A stretch of 55,880 nucleotides of DNA from contig BLSG01000059.1 in NCBI GenBank assembly GCA_012862495.1, positions 211,293 through 267,172 of the forward strand, given 5' to 3'. Shown here piece after piece: positions 35,097-47,367 of this stretch. Made by a program: the position numbers and the translations under genes. The notes beneath the pieces are model-generated. The model saw only the letters and a list, made by a program, of their open reading frames with translations. It searched no databases and was not told the origin of the DNA. This stretch comes from Thraustochytrium aureum (taxonomy: Eukaryota). Every line of letters begins with the position of its first letter. Position 1 is the stretch's first letter.

Positions 35097-35908
35097 TGGC
35101 GTACAGGCCGCGCATCGTGAGCGGCCACGGCGGGCGCATTGGGCCGACGGACGGCGCGCCAGAGGCCCTCGCGACGGAGGAGGCTCGAGATGGGCATGGG
35201 CGACCCCTAGTCGTGCTGCGCACCGGCGTCGTCAAGCAGGCGTCCGGGTCGGCCTACGTGGCTGTTGGCAAGTCGGAAGTGCTGTGCTCGATCCACGGGC
35301 CGAAGGCCATCAGAAGGCAGGCCGACTTTGGGGAGCGGGGCACGCTGAGCTGCCACGCCAAACTTGCGCCGTTCAGCCAGTATGGCCTGCAAGGCACGAG
35401 CACGCGCGAGGCGGAGTCGCTGCGAATCAAGGGCGAACAGCGTCTGTCGGACGCCGTGCTGAGGGCTGTGCAAGGGAGCGTGCGCCTCGAGCGGTTTCCG
35501 AAATCTGAGGTGGAAATACATGTTTTGGTGCTCAGCGACGACGGCGCGGCGCACGCGGCGGCGGTGACGTGCGCCTCGCTGGCGCTCGCTGACAGCGGTG
35601 TAGAGCTTTTCGACCTTGTGCCGTGCGCTCACGTCGGCCTGCTCGAAGGTGAGACAGGCGCGCCACGGTTTGTCGTTTCACCGGACACTGCTTCTCTCCG
35701 CACGTGCACAAGCACGATGTGCTTGGCCCTGCAGCCGGCAACCGAGGCCGTGGCCGACTTGGTAATCCAAGGCGAGCTCTCCTTCCAGGATGCCGGAGAG
35801 GCGACCAAGGTTTGCTTTGCCGAATGCGTTCGCTTGCGCGAGCTGATGCGCGAGCATTTGGTGGCCACAGCTCAGTCGCGCGAGCGTGAGCTCGGTTCGG
35901 AGATGTGA
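35097..35908 (+). CDS. MTR3: Exosome RNase PH-like subunit, MTR3/EXOSC6 (Rrp41-like)
   Basis: LRTGVVKQASGSAYV, CSIHGPK, LAPFS, VRLERFPKSEVEIHVLVLSDDG and TCASLALADSGVELFDLV. Confidence 0.85.
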
Positions 35909-36238
35909 GTCACGCAGCCTCGCGTGCGTGCGCCCCCACCCCTGGTCGCGCGTGTTGCGTGGCGCTAGTCACATCATTGTCAATGCTTTACTTTCTATCC
36001 CTGTCTTTCACAATGTACATTTCGCCGCGGCCCGCGAGCCTTGTATCGTGCACATGCTCGGCGAAGCAGGCGAGATGTCAGCAAGGCCAAGCATCCTGTT
36101 GCGGCAACGGAGACAAGGCCTACTGTGAGCACCAGCCCGGGCTCCAGCGCGGCGTCATCGAGTCCGCGCCTTGAGACCGGCGAGTTGGCGCCGGTGAGGT
36201 GAAACTTCCCGTTGTTTCCCACAACAAACCCGACTCCA

Positions 36239-37498
36239 TCAACCCCGCCGCCAACTTGCCGCTCGACCGGCAGCGACGACGCCCATTCCTCTTCGCTTGG
36301 CGAGCTCTTGCCAACTCGGCCTCGAGCCCCTGACGTCTGTGGGCCAGACCGCCCCATTACTTTGCATGCGCGCGCCAAGTTGCGACTCGTGGGTGGCTTG
36401 TTGCACACGGTCGGGGTCCCCAAGCGCAGGCAGCTCGCTGAAATCAACCAACTCGCCCTCCAAGCGCGTGGGAAGCTCGTTGAGTGCCTCGCTGAAAGGC
36501 GCTCGGCTCGCGCGCTTGACCTCCAACCGCTCGTGCTCGCCTTGCTCGGTGTGGTCCGTGCCAGAGACGAGCAGGAAGGCCGCGGAGACCGTGCGCGCCA
36601 GCATCTTGGCGTACACCGGAATGTCCGCTGGGGGGTTTTGGAAAAGCTTTCGAAAAGATGCGGCTTCGCGAAGGCCAGGCAGCTCAACCATGAACGCGCT
36701 GTGCACGTTGGGCTGCTGAGCGATCCAGTCAACAGCAACTCCAGTGTTTTGCTCGTCTTGGGTCGTGCTGCGCGCGCGGTACTTGATCGGTGCACCAGCA
36801 GCGGTTGCCAGCTGCTCGGCCTCCTTTGCGGCGCGCGCGGTGCAATTGAAGGAGGGAAACACGACTTTGGCGCAGCAATGCAAATCCAGCACGACGCTGC
36901 CAGGTCGGAGCCACCGCTGCACAACGTGTCGAAGGGCCCGCGCCTCGCGCTCGGAAAAACGGACGTGGCCCCTGATACAGCTCAGAGGAAAGTCTGGTGC
37001 TCGAGCCAAAGCCCCATGACTCGCCAGCAACTCCAAAGTTGCGGTTCAAGTCGACCCCTCGCGGCGGACCCCGCGAAGAGGCTGCCCCGTCCGCCGGCCG
37101 GACGACCGGAATCTCCAGCACCGACCGCGTCTTGCGCCAGTGCCGGTTGCGCTCGCGCGAAAAGGCAAATCCGTCTGGGTTGAGCAGTGGCCAGACTAAA
37201 AGGCGGCGGCCTGGGACGCTGAGGACAGCGTCTACCAGCTCGCGCTGCGATACCTCGAGCATGCACAGAGCAGCCGCGATGGAGATCCACTCTCTCGCGT
37301 GCATCCCTGCCACTACGAGCACGTCATCGCCGTCGGCCTCATCGCGCGGAGCCCCGCCTCGCCCTGCCCGCTGCGTTCCAGTCGAGTTGGCCTGACGACG
37401 AGCACCCCGAGTGGGTGCCCAAGGAAGCTCCTCCCGTCGTCCTCGGGGCGGCCCTCCTGCGCTTTCGCCGCACGGGCCGCGTCCGCCCAGGGATCCAT
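36239..37498 (-). CDS. Zinc carboxypeptidase, peptidase M14 family; frameshifts at about 37340 and 36957; start may lie in gap
   Basis: GRSFLGHPL, AGMHAREWIS (HxxE), PLLNPDGF, WRKTRS, GVDLNRNF, YQGPRPFSERE, LDLH and FMVELP. Confidence 0.88.
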
Positions 37499-38243
37499 NN
37501 NNNNNNNNNNNNNNNNNNNNNNNNNNNNNNNNNNNNNNNNNNNNNNNNNNNNNNNNNNNNNNNNNNNNNNNNNNNNNNNNNNNNNNNNNNNNNNNNNNNN
37601 NNNNNNNNNNNNNNNNNNNNNNNNNNNNNNNNNNNNNNNNNNNNNNNNNNNNNNNNNNNNNNNNNNNNNNNNNNNNNNNNNNNNNNNNNNNNNNNNNNNN
37701 NNNNNNNNNNNNNNNNNNNNNNNNNNNNNNNNNNNNNNNNNNNNNNNNNNNNNNNNNNNNNNNNNNNNNNNNNNNNNNNNNNNNNNNNNNNNNNNNNNNN
37801 NNNNNNNNNNNNNNNNNNNNNNNNNNNNNNNNNNNNNNNNNNNNNNNNNNNNNNNNNNNNNNNNNNNNNNNNNNNNNNNNNNNNNNNNNNNNNNNNNNNN
37901 NNNNNNNNNNNNNNNNNNNNNNNNNNNNNNNNNNNNNNNNNNNNNNNNNNNNNNNNNNNNNNNNNNNNNNNNNNNNNNNNNNNNNNNNNNNNNNNNNNNN
38001 NNNNNNNNNNNNNNNNNNNNNNNNNNNNNNNNNNNNNNNNNNNNNNNNNNNNNNNNNNNNNNNNNNNNNNNNNNNNNNNNNNNNNNNNNNNNNNNNNNNN
38101 NNNNNNNNNNNNNNNNNNNNNNNNNNNNNNNNNNNNNNNNNNNNNNNNNNNNNNNNNNNNNNNNNNNNNNNNNNNNNNNNNNNNNNNNNNNNNNNNNNNN
38201 NNNNNNNNNNNNNNNNNNNNTTTCGGTTCAAGGTCTGCCTCCG

Positions 38244-39345
38244 TCACTGAGCTGCACCGGCGGCAGGCAACGCCGCGGCGCCGGAAGGGATCGGCGGCAG
38301 CTTCGACTTGTCATAGCGGCGAGCGTCCCTGACGACCGCTTTGCGGGCCGCAGCGTCGAGGTCGAAGAAAAACTGTATGTTGTCCACGACGCATTGATGC
38401 CGCTCTGTCGAAAGAGTGGGCCCTGCGTCGGCCGTAGCGCCGCGGCCGTGGTGCACTGCGCGCACGTCGAGGGCGAGGACCTAAGCACGGCGCAGTGAGT
38501 GAGCGAGCGAGCGGGTGGGAGAACCAGGCAAAGCAGAAAAGCCTACCGACGCTTACCTCCTCTAGTGCTCCGAGCAGGTCCGCCTCGGCAGAGTAGAAAT
38601 CTGGCACCTTGTCTTTCAAGAGCTGCTGGATCGCCATGCGAGCCTCCTCGCCAATTGAAACAGACCAGGTGGCGGCGTCCTCGCGGTGGACCCAAGCAGG
38701 AAACGAAGCAGCCCCGTGCGGAGCGTCGGACGGCACGTATGGCTTGATGTCGAGGATGGGCGTTTCGTCGCAGAGATCGATCCCCGAAACGATTATCTGG
38801 CGCTGGGCAGGGCGCACCTCCTCGAGCTTGGCCAAGGTCAGGCCGATCGGGTTGGGACGGTGTGGCGTTCTCGTCGCAAACAGCCCAGTCGGCTCCCCGC
38901 CGAGCAGAGGGGGCTTGACTTTCGGCGGGAAAGTCACGGCGCCTTTGCCCCGCGCCTGGCGCACCCAGGCCTCGCGCTTGGCCTTGTTCGTGTTTCGCGA
39001 GAACACAAACACTAGCCAGACGTGCGAGTAGGCTTGGAGGCCTTCGAGCGTCTCCGGGGCCATGTGCGCGTAGAGCTCGACCACGCCGCGCGAGCTCGGC
39101 GCCATCCTCCCCTGCCGCGGCACGCCGCGCTTGTTGGCGAACACGGATCGGCAAAGGCCGACGGCACGCATAGCGAACAGCTGTTCGCTGTCGCCGGGAC
39201 TTGCCGCGTCCATCCCCGGCTGGGGCGCTTCGGGGCCCGCCGCGCTCGCCGCGCTCGCCGTGGCCTGCTTGGCGCGCTTCGTCGCGCGGGCGCCCGCCTG
39301 CTGCTCTCGCTGGGGTCGCTTAGCGAGGCTGTCCTGTGTCGCCAT
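38244..39345 (-). CDS. TRMO: tRNA (adenine(37)-N6)-methyltransferase TRMO/TsaA; intron 38481-38556
   Basis: KRGVPRQG, LEGLQAYSHVWLVFVF, KVKPPLLGG, GLFATRTPHRPNPIGLT, GIDLCDETPILDIKPY. Splicing GTAAGC...TTAG restores EEVLALDVR. Confidence 0.93.
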
Positions 39346-39518
39346 CAGAGCGGCGGGAGGAACTGCGGTCTGGCGGCCTCCATCGAGCGCCGCGACAGAT
39401 CCACATTGTGGTCGAGGACGCCGATCCTCGCACGGCAGCTGGAAGCCGGGCCGGCAAAGCGCCACCTGCGGTTGGCCTGCGTGCGCGCCGATCGTGAGCC
39501 CCTGTTTGCAGAAACACC

Positions 39519-40746
39519 ATGGCGTCCGAGGCGGCAGATCGGGGCAAACCAGGCCAAGGTGCAGGCACAATGAAAGCAGTGTGCTTCCAGGAGCCACTCG
39601 AGCTTGCGCTGGAGCAAGTACCGCGGCCGACGCCGATCGAGCCCACGGACGCTGTCGTGGAGGTCGACTATGCAGCGATCTGTGGCAGCGACCTCCATCC
39701 GTACCGAGGGGCCGAGAAAGGGCTGAAGAAGGGGACAATCATGGGCCACGAGTTTGTTGGGCGCGTCAGCGCCGTCGGAGCGCAAGTGAAAGCGTTTGCG
39801 GTAGGCGATGTCGTGGTCGCGCCGTTTACGACGTGCTGCGGGTCGTGCTTCTTCTGCGCGCGAGACCTCTCGTGCCGATGCCATCGTGGCCAGCTCTTTG
39901 GGTGGGTAAGTGAAGAGTCTGGAGCAGGGCTTGAAGGCGGGCAGGCCGAGTTTGTGCTCGTCCCGATGGCAGACGCCACGCTCGTGAGCGTCCCAGCGGC
40001 CCTCGACAAGCGCTGCGCGCTCTTGCTTGGCGACATTTTGGCAACCGGGTTTTACTGCGCGCTGCGCGGGGACATTTGCGAACCAGCCCGGCTTGCCGAG
40101 AGGCCTGCCGTGGCTCTCACAACCTCGGCGCCAGGAGACTCGGGCGTTCAGCACGAGGTCCTCGTGGCGGTCATTGGCTGTGGCCCGGTCGGGCTCATGG
40201 CCGTCGCAGCTGCTGCGCACCTCGGGGCCTTGGCGGGGCCGGGAGCAGCGTCAACGCGCGTGGTGGCCGTGGATTCAGTTCCCGAGCGTCTCGCCGCAGC
40301 GCTTGCCATGGGTGCATCGAGCGCGCTTAACTTCAAGGTTGATGACGTTGCGGCAACTCTACGGACGCAGTCGGCGTCCGGATTCGGCGCAGACGTTGTT
40401 CTCGAGGTTGTTGGCCAGCCCTCAGCAATGCGGCTGGCCGTCGACTGCCTGCGGCCCGGAGGGACCCCTCTCGTCGGTCGGCGTTCACGCCTACGAGCAG
40501 AACGTGTTGAGCCCTGTCGAGGCCTATGACAAGAACATTACCTTTCGGTCCGGTAGGTGCCCGGCTCGCAGCGTCATGGAGATGTACATGCCGCACCTTT
40601 TGGCAATCCTTTCAAAGCTCGACCAGAAGGCTTTCTTCACGCACGAGGTGACGCTTGATCAGGCAGTGGAGGCCTACAAGGTCTTCAACGTGCAAGGTGA
40701 GGGGATGATAAAGTGTCTGTTGCGCGTGGCCGGTGAGCCACACTGA
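39519..40746 (+). CDS. Zn-dependent medium-chain alcohol dehydrogenase (FDH-like MDR); frameshift at about 40466
   Basis: ICGSDLH, MGHEFVG, CCGSCFFCARDLSCRC (structural Zn), GGQAEFVLVP, GDILATGF and GCGPVG (Rossmann). Confidence 0.92.
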
Positions 40747-40806
40747 TGGATTTTTGAATTCACAAAGAGCGCTCTTTTCCGTGGCCGCTACCCCCTGCAG
40801 CACTGC

Positions 40807-43800
40807 CTAACGCTGCGAGCTGCTCCTTGACGACCTCGAACTCTGCGCGCAGCGCCCCGTACGACTGGCTGCCCTGCTCCCTTGCGAGCCCCCCTCGTTC
40901 CCCTCACCAAAATCGCCGTGCAAGGCGATTTGCAGGCTCAGCTCCTGGAGCCGCAGGCCCAGCGCGCGCCGCTGGCCCTCGAGGTCCCAGGCCTCGGCTT
41001 CCGCATCACTGGCCGCAGAGCGGTCCAAAAAGCTCTCCAGCTCGTCTTCGCGCCCGTCCAAGTCGCCCCCCACATAGTCGGCAGGGCCCCAGAGCGGCGC
41101 TGGCACATTGCCATCTGCGCCGCCATGCTCCACCGGCGGGCCCAGGCCTTTCAGCGAGCTCTGCCGAGGNNNNNNNNNNNNNNNNNNNNNNNNNNNNNNN
41201 NNNNNNNNNNNNNNNNNNNNNNNNNNNNNNNNNNNNNNNNNNNNNNNNNNNNNNNNNNNNNNNNNNNNNNNNNNNNNNNNNNNNNNNNNNNNNNNNNNNN
41301 NNNNNNNNNNNNNNNNNNNNNNNNNNNNNNNNNNNNNNNNNNNNNNNNNNNNNNNNNNNNNNNNNNNNNNNNNNNNNNNNNNNNNNNNNNNNNNNNNNNN
41401 NNNNNNNNNNNNNNNNNNNNNNNNNNNNNNNNNNNNNNNNNNNNNNNNNNNNNNNNNNNNNNNNNNNNNNNNNNNNNNNNNNNNNNNNNNNNNNNNNNNN
41501 NNNNNNNNNNNNNNNNNNNNNNNNNNNNNNNNNNNNNNNNNNNNNNNNNNNNNNNNNNNNNNNNNNNNNNNNNNNNNNNNNNNNNNNNNNNNNNNNNNNN
41601 NNNNNNNNNNNNNNNNNNNNNNNNNNNNNNNNNNNNNNNNNNNNNNNNNNNNNNNNNNNNNNNNNNNNNNNNNNNNNNNNNNNNNNNNNNNNNNNNNNNN
41701 NNNNNNNNNNNNNNNNNNNNNNNNNNNNNNNNNNNNNNNNNNNNNNNNNNNNNNNNNNNNNNNNNNNNNNNNNNNNNNNNNNNNNNNNNNNNNNNNNNNN
41801 NNNNNNTTCCGGATGATCGCCTTGGCAAGCTCCTCTCGCGCTGCGCGCGCTCTGGCGACGAGGAGCGGGGTCGTGGTTTGAAACTCGCGCGCCGGCGCTC
41901 CCGGGCCTACGCTTGCGCGTGCCGAGTGGTGTGGGGTGGCACGGGTCGGTTGGCGAGCCGCGTGTCCGGGCACTTCCAGCGGTGATTGCGGCGCGCGAGT
42001 TGCCAGATTAACTGCTGGCTTAACACCATGGGCTTGCTCGCGCACTTGGTCCGAGACCTCGCTTGCACCACTTGGTTCAACCGGTTGCGCGGCTTGGCGC
42101 TGGTTGGTTCGCATCGCCGCCTCCAGCTCCTGCAACTTGGTTTCGAAGACAGCCTGCTCGTCGCGGAGCTGCTTGTCGATTTGCGCGCGATGTCGCTCAA
42201 GTTCCGCCTCCATGCGCTGGCGCTCCGTCTCGAAGGCGGCTTGTTGCTTTTCCTGGGCGTCCAAGGTGGCGCGAAGGTCGCCAGTAAGCTGAGCCTTTTC
42301 GCGGTCAGCTCTGCCACAGCCTCCCGTACCATATTGCGCACCGCCTCCGAGTCTGGCGCCCGGGGTGCAAAAGCAGGATCATCGCCGGCACGAGGCGCCG
42401 AGACGCGACTCGAGTCAGCCGCGGAGCCACCTCTGTCTGCGCTAGCGCCCGGGCGACTGTCCTCGGCCGGCTTGAAGGGCGGCGAAACGCTGACTTTATT
42501 GCTGATCGTCCCCACGAGAGCCTCGTCGCGTTGAAGCGCGCTTGCCCGCTCTGCATGAATGGCTTGCCACTCGTCGCGCACCCGCTCACGCAGCTGCTTG
42601 CGCTCGGTCTCGAGCTGGTCCCGCTCACGCGCCTGGCGCTCGTGAAGGGTGGCACGCTCCTTTTCGAGCTCTGCCAACAGTCGCTTGCGCTCTTCCGAGA
42701 GGGCCGACGCCTCCGCCGGCTGCGCAGAGGCGGCCACGAGCGACTCGACGCGCCGAACAACAAGCTCTTGCTCTTGGCGCTGCACGCGCGCCAGGTCTTC
42801 TTGAAGTGACGAGAGCTCCTTGCGCTGGCGATCCGCCATAGCGCGCGCCTGCTCTTGCAGGCGCTCCTCCATGGCGCGTTGCGCGCGCGCCAGGCCCTCG
42901 AGGTCTTGCTTCCAGCCAACCTGCTGCTTGCGGCGTAAGGCATGCAGCTCAGCGATGAGCGATCGCACGGTCTCAACCTCTGGCGCAGGCGCGCGGGCCT
43001 CGACCCCGGGCCCCGGTTTTCCACTCTGGTCGAGTTTGGCCTCGAGCTGCGCCCAGACGCGCTCCAGCCGTGTTGCGAGCGCAGAGGAAACGCGCCGGTC
43101 CTCGTCGCGCTGCTCGCGAAGGCCACGCTCTGCGGCTGCGTGGCGCTCGAGCTCGAGCTGAAGCTGTGCCTCTCGGCTTGCAAGAGCTTGCTCACGAGCC
43201 GCCACGTCTTGCGCCGCCTGCACAGTCTCGGCGCGGCGCTCCTCCAGGAGAGCCTGGAAAGCGTTCAACTCGCGGCGTTTGCGCGCGCGCTCCTCTTGCT
43301 CGCGCGCCAGCTCCTCTGCCTGGGCTGCGAGCCCGCGAACGTACGAATCGAGCTCGCGACGCTCCTGCTCAATCTCGTGTGCTCGTCGTTTAACTGTAAG
43401 CGCCGCCTCGCGGAGCTCGCGCTTGACCTCGTTCTGGAACGCCACCGCACGTTTGTCGAGTTTGGCGGCGTCCGCCCGGCCCTTGGTCTCGGTGCTCTGT
43501 AGGGCCTCCTCCCTCGAGGTCAGATTGGCCCGCTCCGCTGCCAAGCGCTGTGCGAGCGCCTCCAGGCGCTCCTCGCGTCTCGCCAATGCGACCTGGCGCG
43601 AGTGGTCTCTCGCCTCGCGCTCCTCGAGGCTGTCCTTGAGCGCGTCAGCTCTGCCTGTGTCTTGGCGGTCTTTTCGGCGTCGAGTGCACGCTCGAGCTCG
43701 AGGTCCCGGCGCTGGGTTGCAGCGAGGTCGAACTGCCTGTCGAGTTCGCGCTCACGCTCGGATAGCTCTTCTATGCGGAGAGCGGCAGCGCGCTCGAGCT

Positions 43801-46245
43801 GGGCGGCGCGCTCCGTGTCCTTTTCTGCCGCTTTGCGCTCGTTCAAAGCCGCCTCGAGCTCAGCCTGCGCTTTGGCGCGATCCGCTTCCAGCGCGGCCCG
43901 CTTGCTCTCAAGCTCGGCTTCACGGCTGCGAATCTGGGCTTCGAGTGCAGCGGCATTTTCTCGGAGCCGCTGTGCCTCTGCTCTGTCATGCTCGGCCGCA
44001 CTAGCGGCTTGCTCTGCCTTGAAGCGGGCTTGCTCCAGTTGCGCAACGCGAGCGTGTACTTGGCCAGCTTCGCGGTCTGTCTCGCTGCTGGATTGCTCGA
44101 GCTTGGACACGAGGCGGGTCTGATCGTCCTTGAGAACTTGGAGGTGCTGCCGGAGCTTTGCTGCCTTGTCTCGCTCCTCGGCAAGCTCTTGGACCGTCCG
44201 CGCCGCCTCCNCTTGGAGCGCTTCTTGCTCTTCGTGCCACGCGACGCACCGCTCGCGCACCTGCGCTTGCTGGGCGTGGAGGCGCTCCTTCGCGACTGCG
44301 AGGTCGGCTTTGTCGCGGGCCAGCTGAGCAGCTGCTGCTTCGGAAGACGCTCTTTCGGCGACGGCCGCTCGCTCTCGGGCCTCAAATGCGGCGGCGTCAG
44401 CTTGGAGCTTTGCGCGTGCATTGGCGAGCCTCGCCCCAAGCGAGTCGAGTCGGTCGCCTTCGCTTGAATGGCCTTGGCGCGTTTCGCAAGGGCGGCTTCG
44501 GCGTGCTCGAGCCGCGCCGCTTGGTCTTGAAGCTCCGCGCGGCGCGCATCTAGTGCGGCTTCACGGGACTGCAGCGCTGCTTCATGAGACTCTATGGCGA
44601 GCTGCGCCTCGCGCGCCTCGCTGATCTTGCGGAGGGCCTCTGCCTGCGCTTGCGAGATGTTGCTCAGCTTTTCGCGGTCCTCCAAGAGCTGCCTAGCCCT
44701 GAGCTTTGCAGTCTTCTCGGCCTCGAGTGCGCGGTCTTGCGCCTCAACCGCGGCTGCCTGCGCCGCCTCGGCCCTCGCTGCGGCTTCTCTCGCGTGTGCA
44801 AGGCGCTCCTCCAGAGCCTCCATGCGCGAGCGCAGCGTGCTCTGGGCCTGCGCAAGCCGCTTTGCTTCGTCGCGGACTCGGGCCGCCCCCGCCTCTTCGC
44901 GCGCGAGCTGGTCTGCCTTGTCGTCCAGGGCCGAGGCCAGCTTGCGCAGCTCAGCCTCGCGCGCGTTCAAGTTGGCGCCTTGCAGCGCGTTGCTCGAGAG
45001 CTCTGCAATGCGAGCTTGGGCTTGGTCAAGCTCTGCGGCGAGTTGCTCGGCGCGTCCCTTTTCGCTCCGAAAGGCGGCAACCGACCGCTCGAGCTCGGAC
45101 CGCTGCGAACGAAGCGCCTCGAGCTGGGCGTCGAGCTTGAATTGCTCCTCGCGCACCTCCACCTGGAGCGATTGCAGTGCGCGAAGGGCTCGCTCGCGGG
45201 ACTCGAGCCGCGCTTCAGCGCTCTCAACCTGGCGCATCCGGGCCTCGGCTCGCTGCAGCGCGGCGAGGTTCTCGTTGTGCTGCGCTTGAAGAGCGCGTCG
45301 CTCTTTGATCACCGCTTGCTCCCACTCGGCCCGGGCCTTGGCGAAGTCTGTCTGCTTGGCCGCATTGGCTTTCCTATTCTGGTCCTCGCGCTCGGCTAGC
45401 TCCTGTTCGCGCCGCTCGCAACGAGCGAGGCGNNNNNNNNNNNNNNNNNNNNNNNNNNNNNNNNNNNNNNNNNNNNNNNNNNNNNNNNNNNNNNNNNNNN
45501 NNNNNNNNNNNNNNNNNNNNNNNNNNNNNNNNNNNNNNNNNNNNNNNNNNNNNNNNNNNNNNNNNNNNNNNNNNNNNNNNNNNNNNNNNNNNNNNNNNNN
45601 NNNNNNNNNNNNNNNNNNNNNNNNNNNNNNNNNNNNNNNNNNNNNNNNNNNNNNNNNNNNNNNNNNNNNNNNNNNNNNNNNNNNNNNNNNNNNNNNNNNN
45701 NNNNNNNNNNNNNNNNNNNNNNNNNNNNNNNNNNNNNNNNNNNNNNNNNNNNNNNNNNNNNNNNNNNNNNNNNNNNNNNNNNNNNNNNNNNNNNNNNNNN
45801 NNNNNNNNNNNNNNNNNNNNNNNNNNNNNNNNNNNNNNNNNNNNNNNNNNNNNNNNNNNNNNNNNNNNNNNNNNNNNNNNNNNNNNNNNNNNNNNNNNNN
45901 NNNNNNNNNNNNNNNNNNNNNNNNNNNNNNNNNNNNNNNNNNNNNNNNNNNNNNNNNNNNNNNNNNNNNNNNNNNNNNNNNNNNNNNNNNNNNNNNNNNN
46001 NNNNNNNNNNNNNNNNNNNNNNNNNNNNNNNNNNNNNNNNNNNNNNNNNNNNNNNNNNNNNNNNNNNNNNNNNNNNNNNNNNNNNNNNNNNNNNNNNNNN
46101 NNNNNNNNNNNNNNNNNNNNNNNNNNNNNNNNNNNNNNNNNNNNNNNNNNNNNNNNNNNNNNNNNNNNNNNCCGCCAGCGGCGTGGATCCCGGCCGCCGC
46201 GTTCGACCCTGAGCTTGTGCCGACATGGGGCGTCCGCTCCGCCAT
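40807..46245 (-). CDS. Very long coiled-coil protein (two gaps, several frameshifts)
   Basis: Tiling E/R/A/Q/L heptad-rich ORFs (40807-42264, 41907-43586, 43520-44260, and the segment to 45432). The candidate start MAERTPHVG is at 46245. Confidence 0.75.
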
Positions 46246-46249
46246 CGTC

Positions 46250-46301
46250 GCAGCGAGGCAGCGAGGCAGCGAGGCAGCGAGACAGCGAGGCAGCGAGGCA
46301 G
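46250..46301. repeat. 8-bp tandem repeat (GCAGCGAG) x ~6
   Basis: Directly visible, immediately upstream of the coiled-coil candidate start codon. Confidence 0.85.
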
Positions 46302-47367
46302 TGAGCGCGCCTGCCGCCTCGATGCTGGGCTGCCAAGACCGCGCACGTGCGCAGCCCCAGCGCCTCGGCGCGGCCCATAGACTGGGCTCTGCCGCTGCTC
46401 GTCCCCGCCGAAAACGGGGAAAAAATAGGGCCAAGAAGCGTGCTTTCATTTGGACGTCAAGGCACGCAAGCCCATGCGGATGTCTACGGGCGCGCCCGGT
46501 CCCGGACCACGCGGCCATTGGCCGTGGAGGCGACGGCATCGCCTTGTTTCGATTGGTCGTCAAGCAGCTGGGCCTTTTTCTCCAGGAGAGGGAGCGCTCG
46601 AGCGAGAAGCGCGCGGGTTGCGCGCGAAGCTCGCGCGCAGGCTTGGCGCAGGTTTTTGGCAACGCGGCTTTCACCGTGGACCCCGAACTCGTGCTCGAGC
46701 CGCTCCGCTTGCCCCATCGCATGTGCGTGAACGGTGCTCATCAAGTCGCGGCGCGTGTTGGTGGCCAACGCCTGTGCGAGGAGGAGCCAAGCCGCGCCAG
46801 GGTCCAGCGGGCGGGGCCGGCGATGCGCCAAACGTCTCCTGACGGCAGCGGTCCCAACCCAACTTGCGCACTCTCCTGAGGAACTGTATGTACCATCCCA
46901 AAGGGCTGGACCGAAACTCGAGGTGAGGCACCGCTGACCGCAACGCAACAACTCTAGCTAGCTAGAGAGTCGCGACGCATGATGATGCACGTGCTCGCGG
47001 ACGTCATGCGGCAGACGCTCAGCTTTGCCATCATCCACTCGGACAGCCTTGCGCGACAAACGCCGGGCGCGAGATCCTGCCGCCCAGGGCATCCTGGCAC
47101 GCCGCGCGAGCAGACTGGCCGCCAGCAGCCAAGCAAGCACGTCTTTGAACAGAGTGCCTCTACTAGTACTGCTAGCTCAACGGATACACGTTTACATCAC
47201 GATGCAAGCAGGGCGGCCTTGCGTCAAGCGGTCTTGCAAGTTGCAACTCGCGCTGACGAAGGCGGTGGCGAGGAGGGCGGCCACGCGCTTGCTCGCTCGG
47301 GGGCCCGGCTGGACAATCGTCCTTCCCTTGCTGCTCTGCTGGTATCGCGCATCGGACGGCCGCCCGA

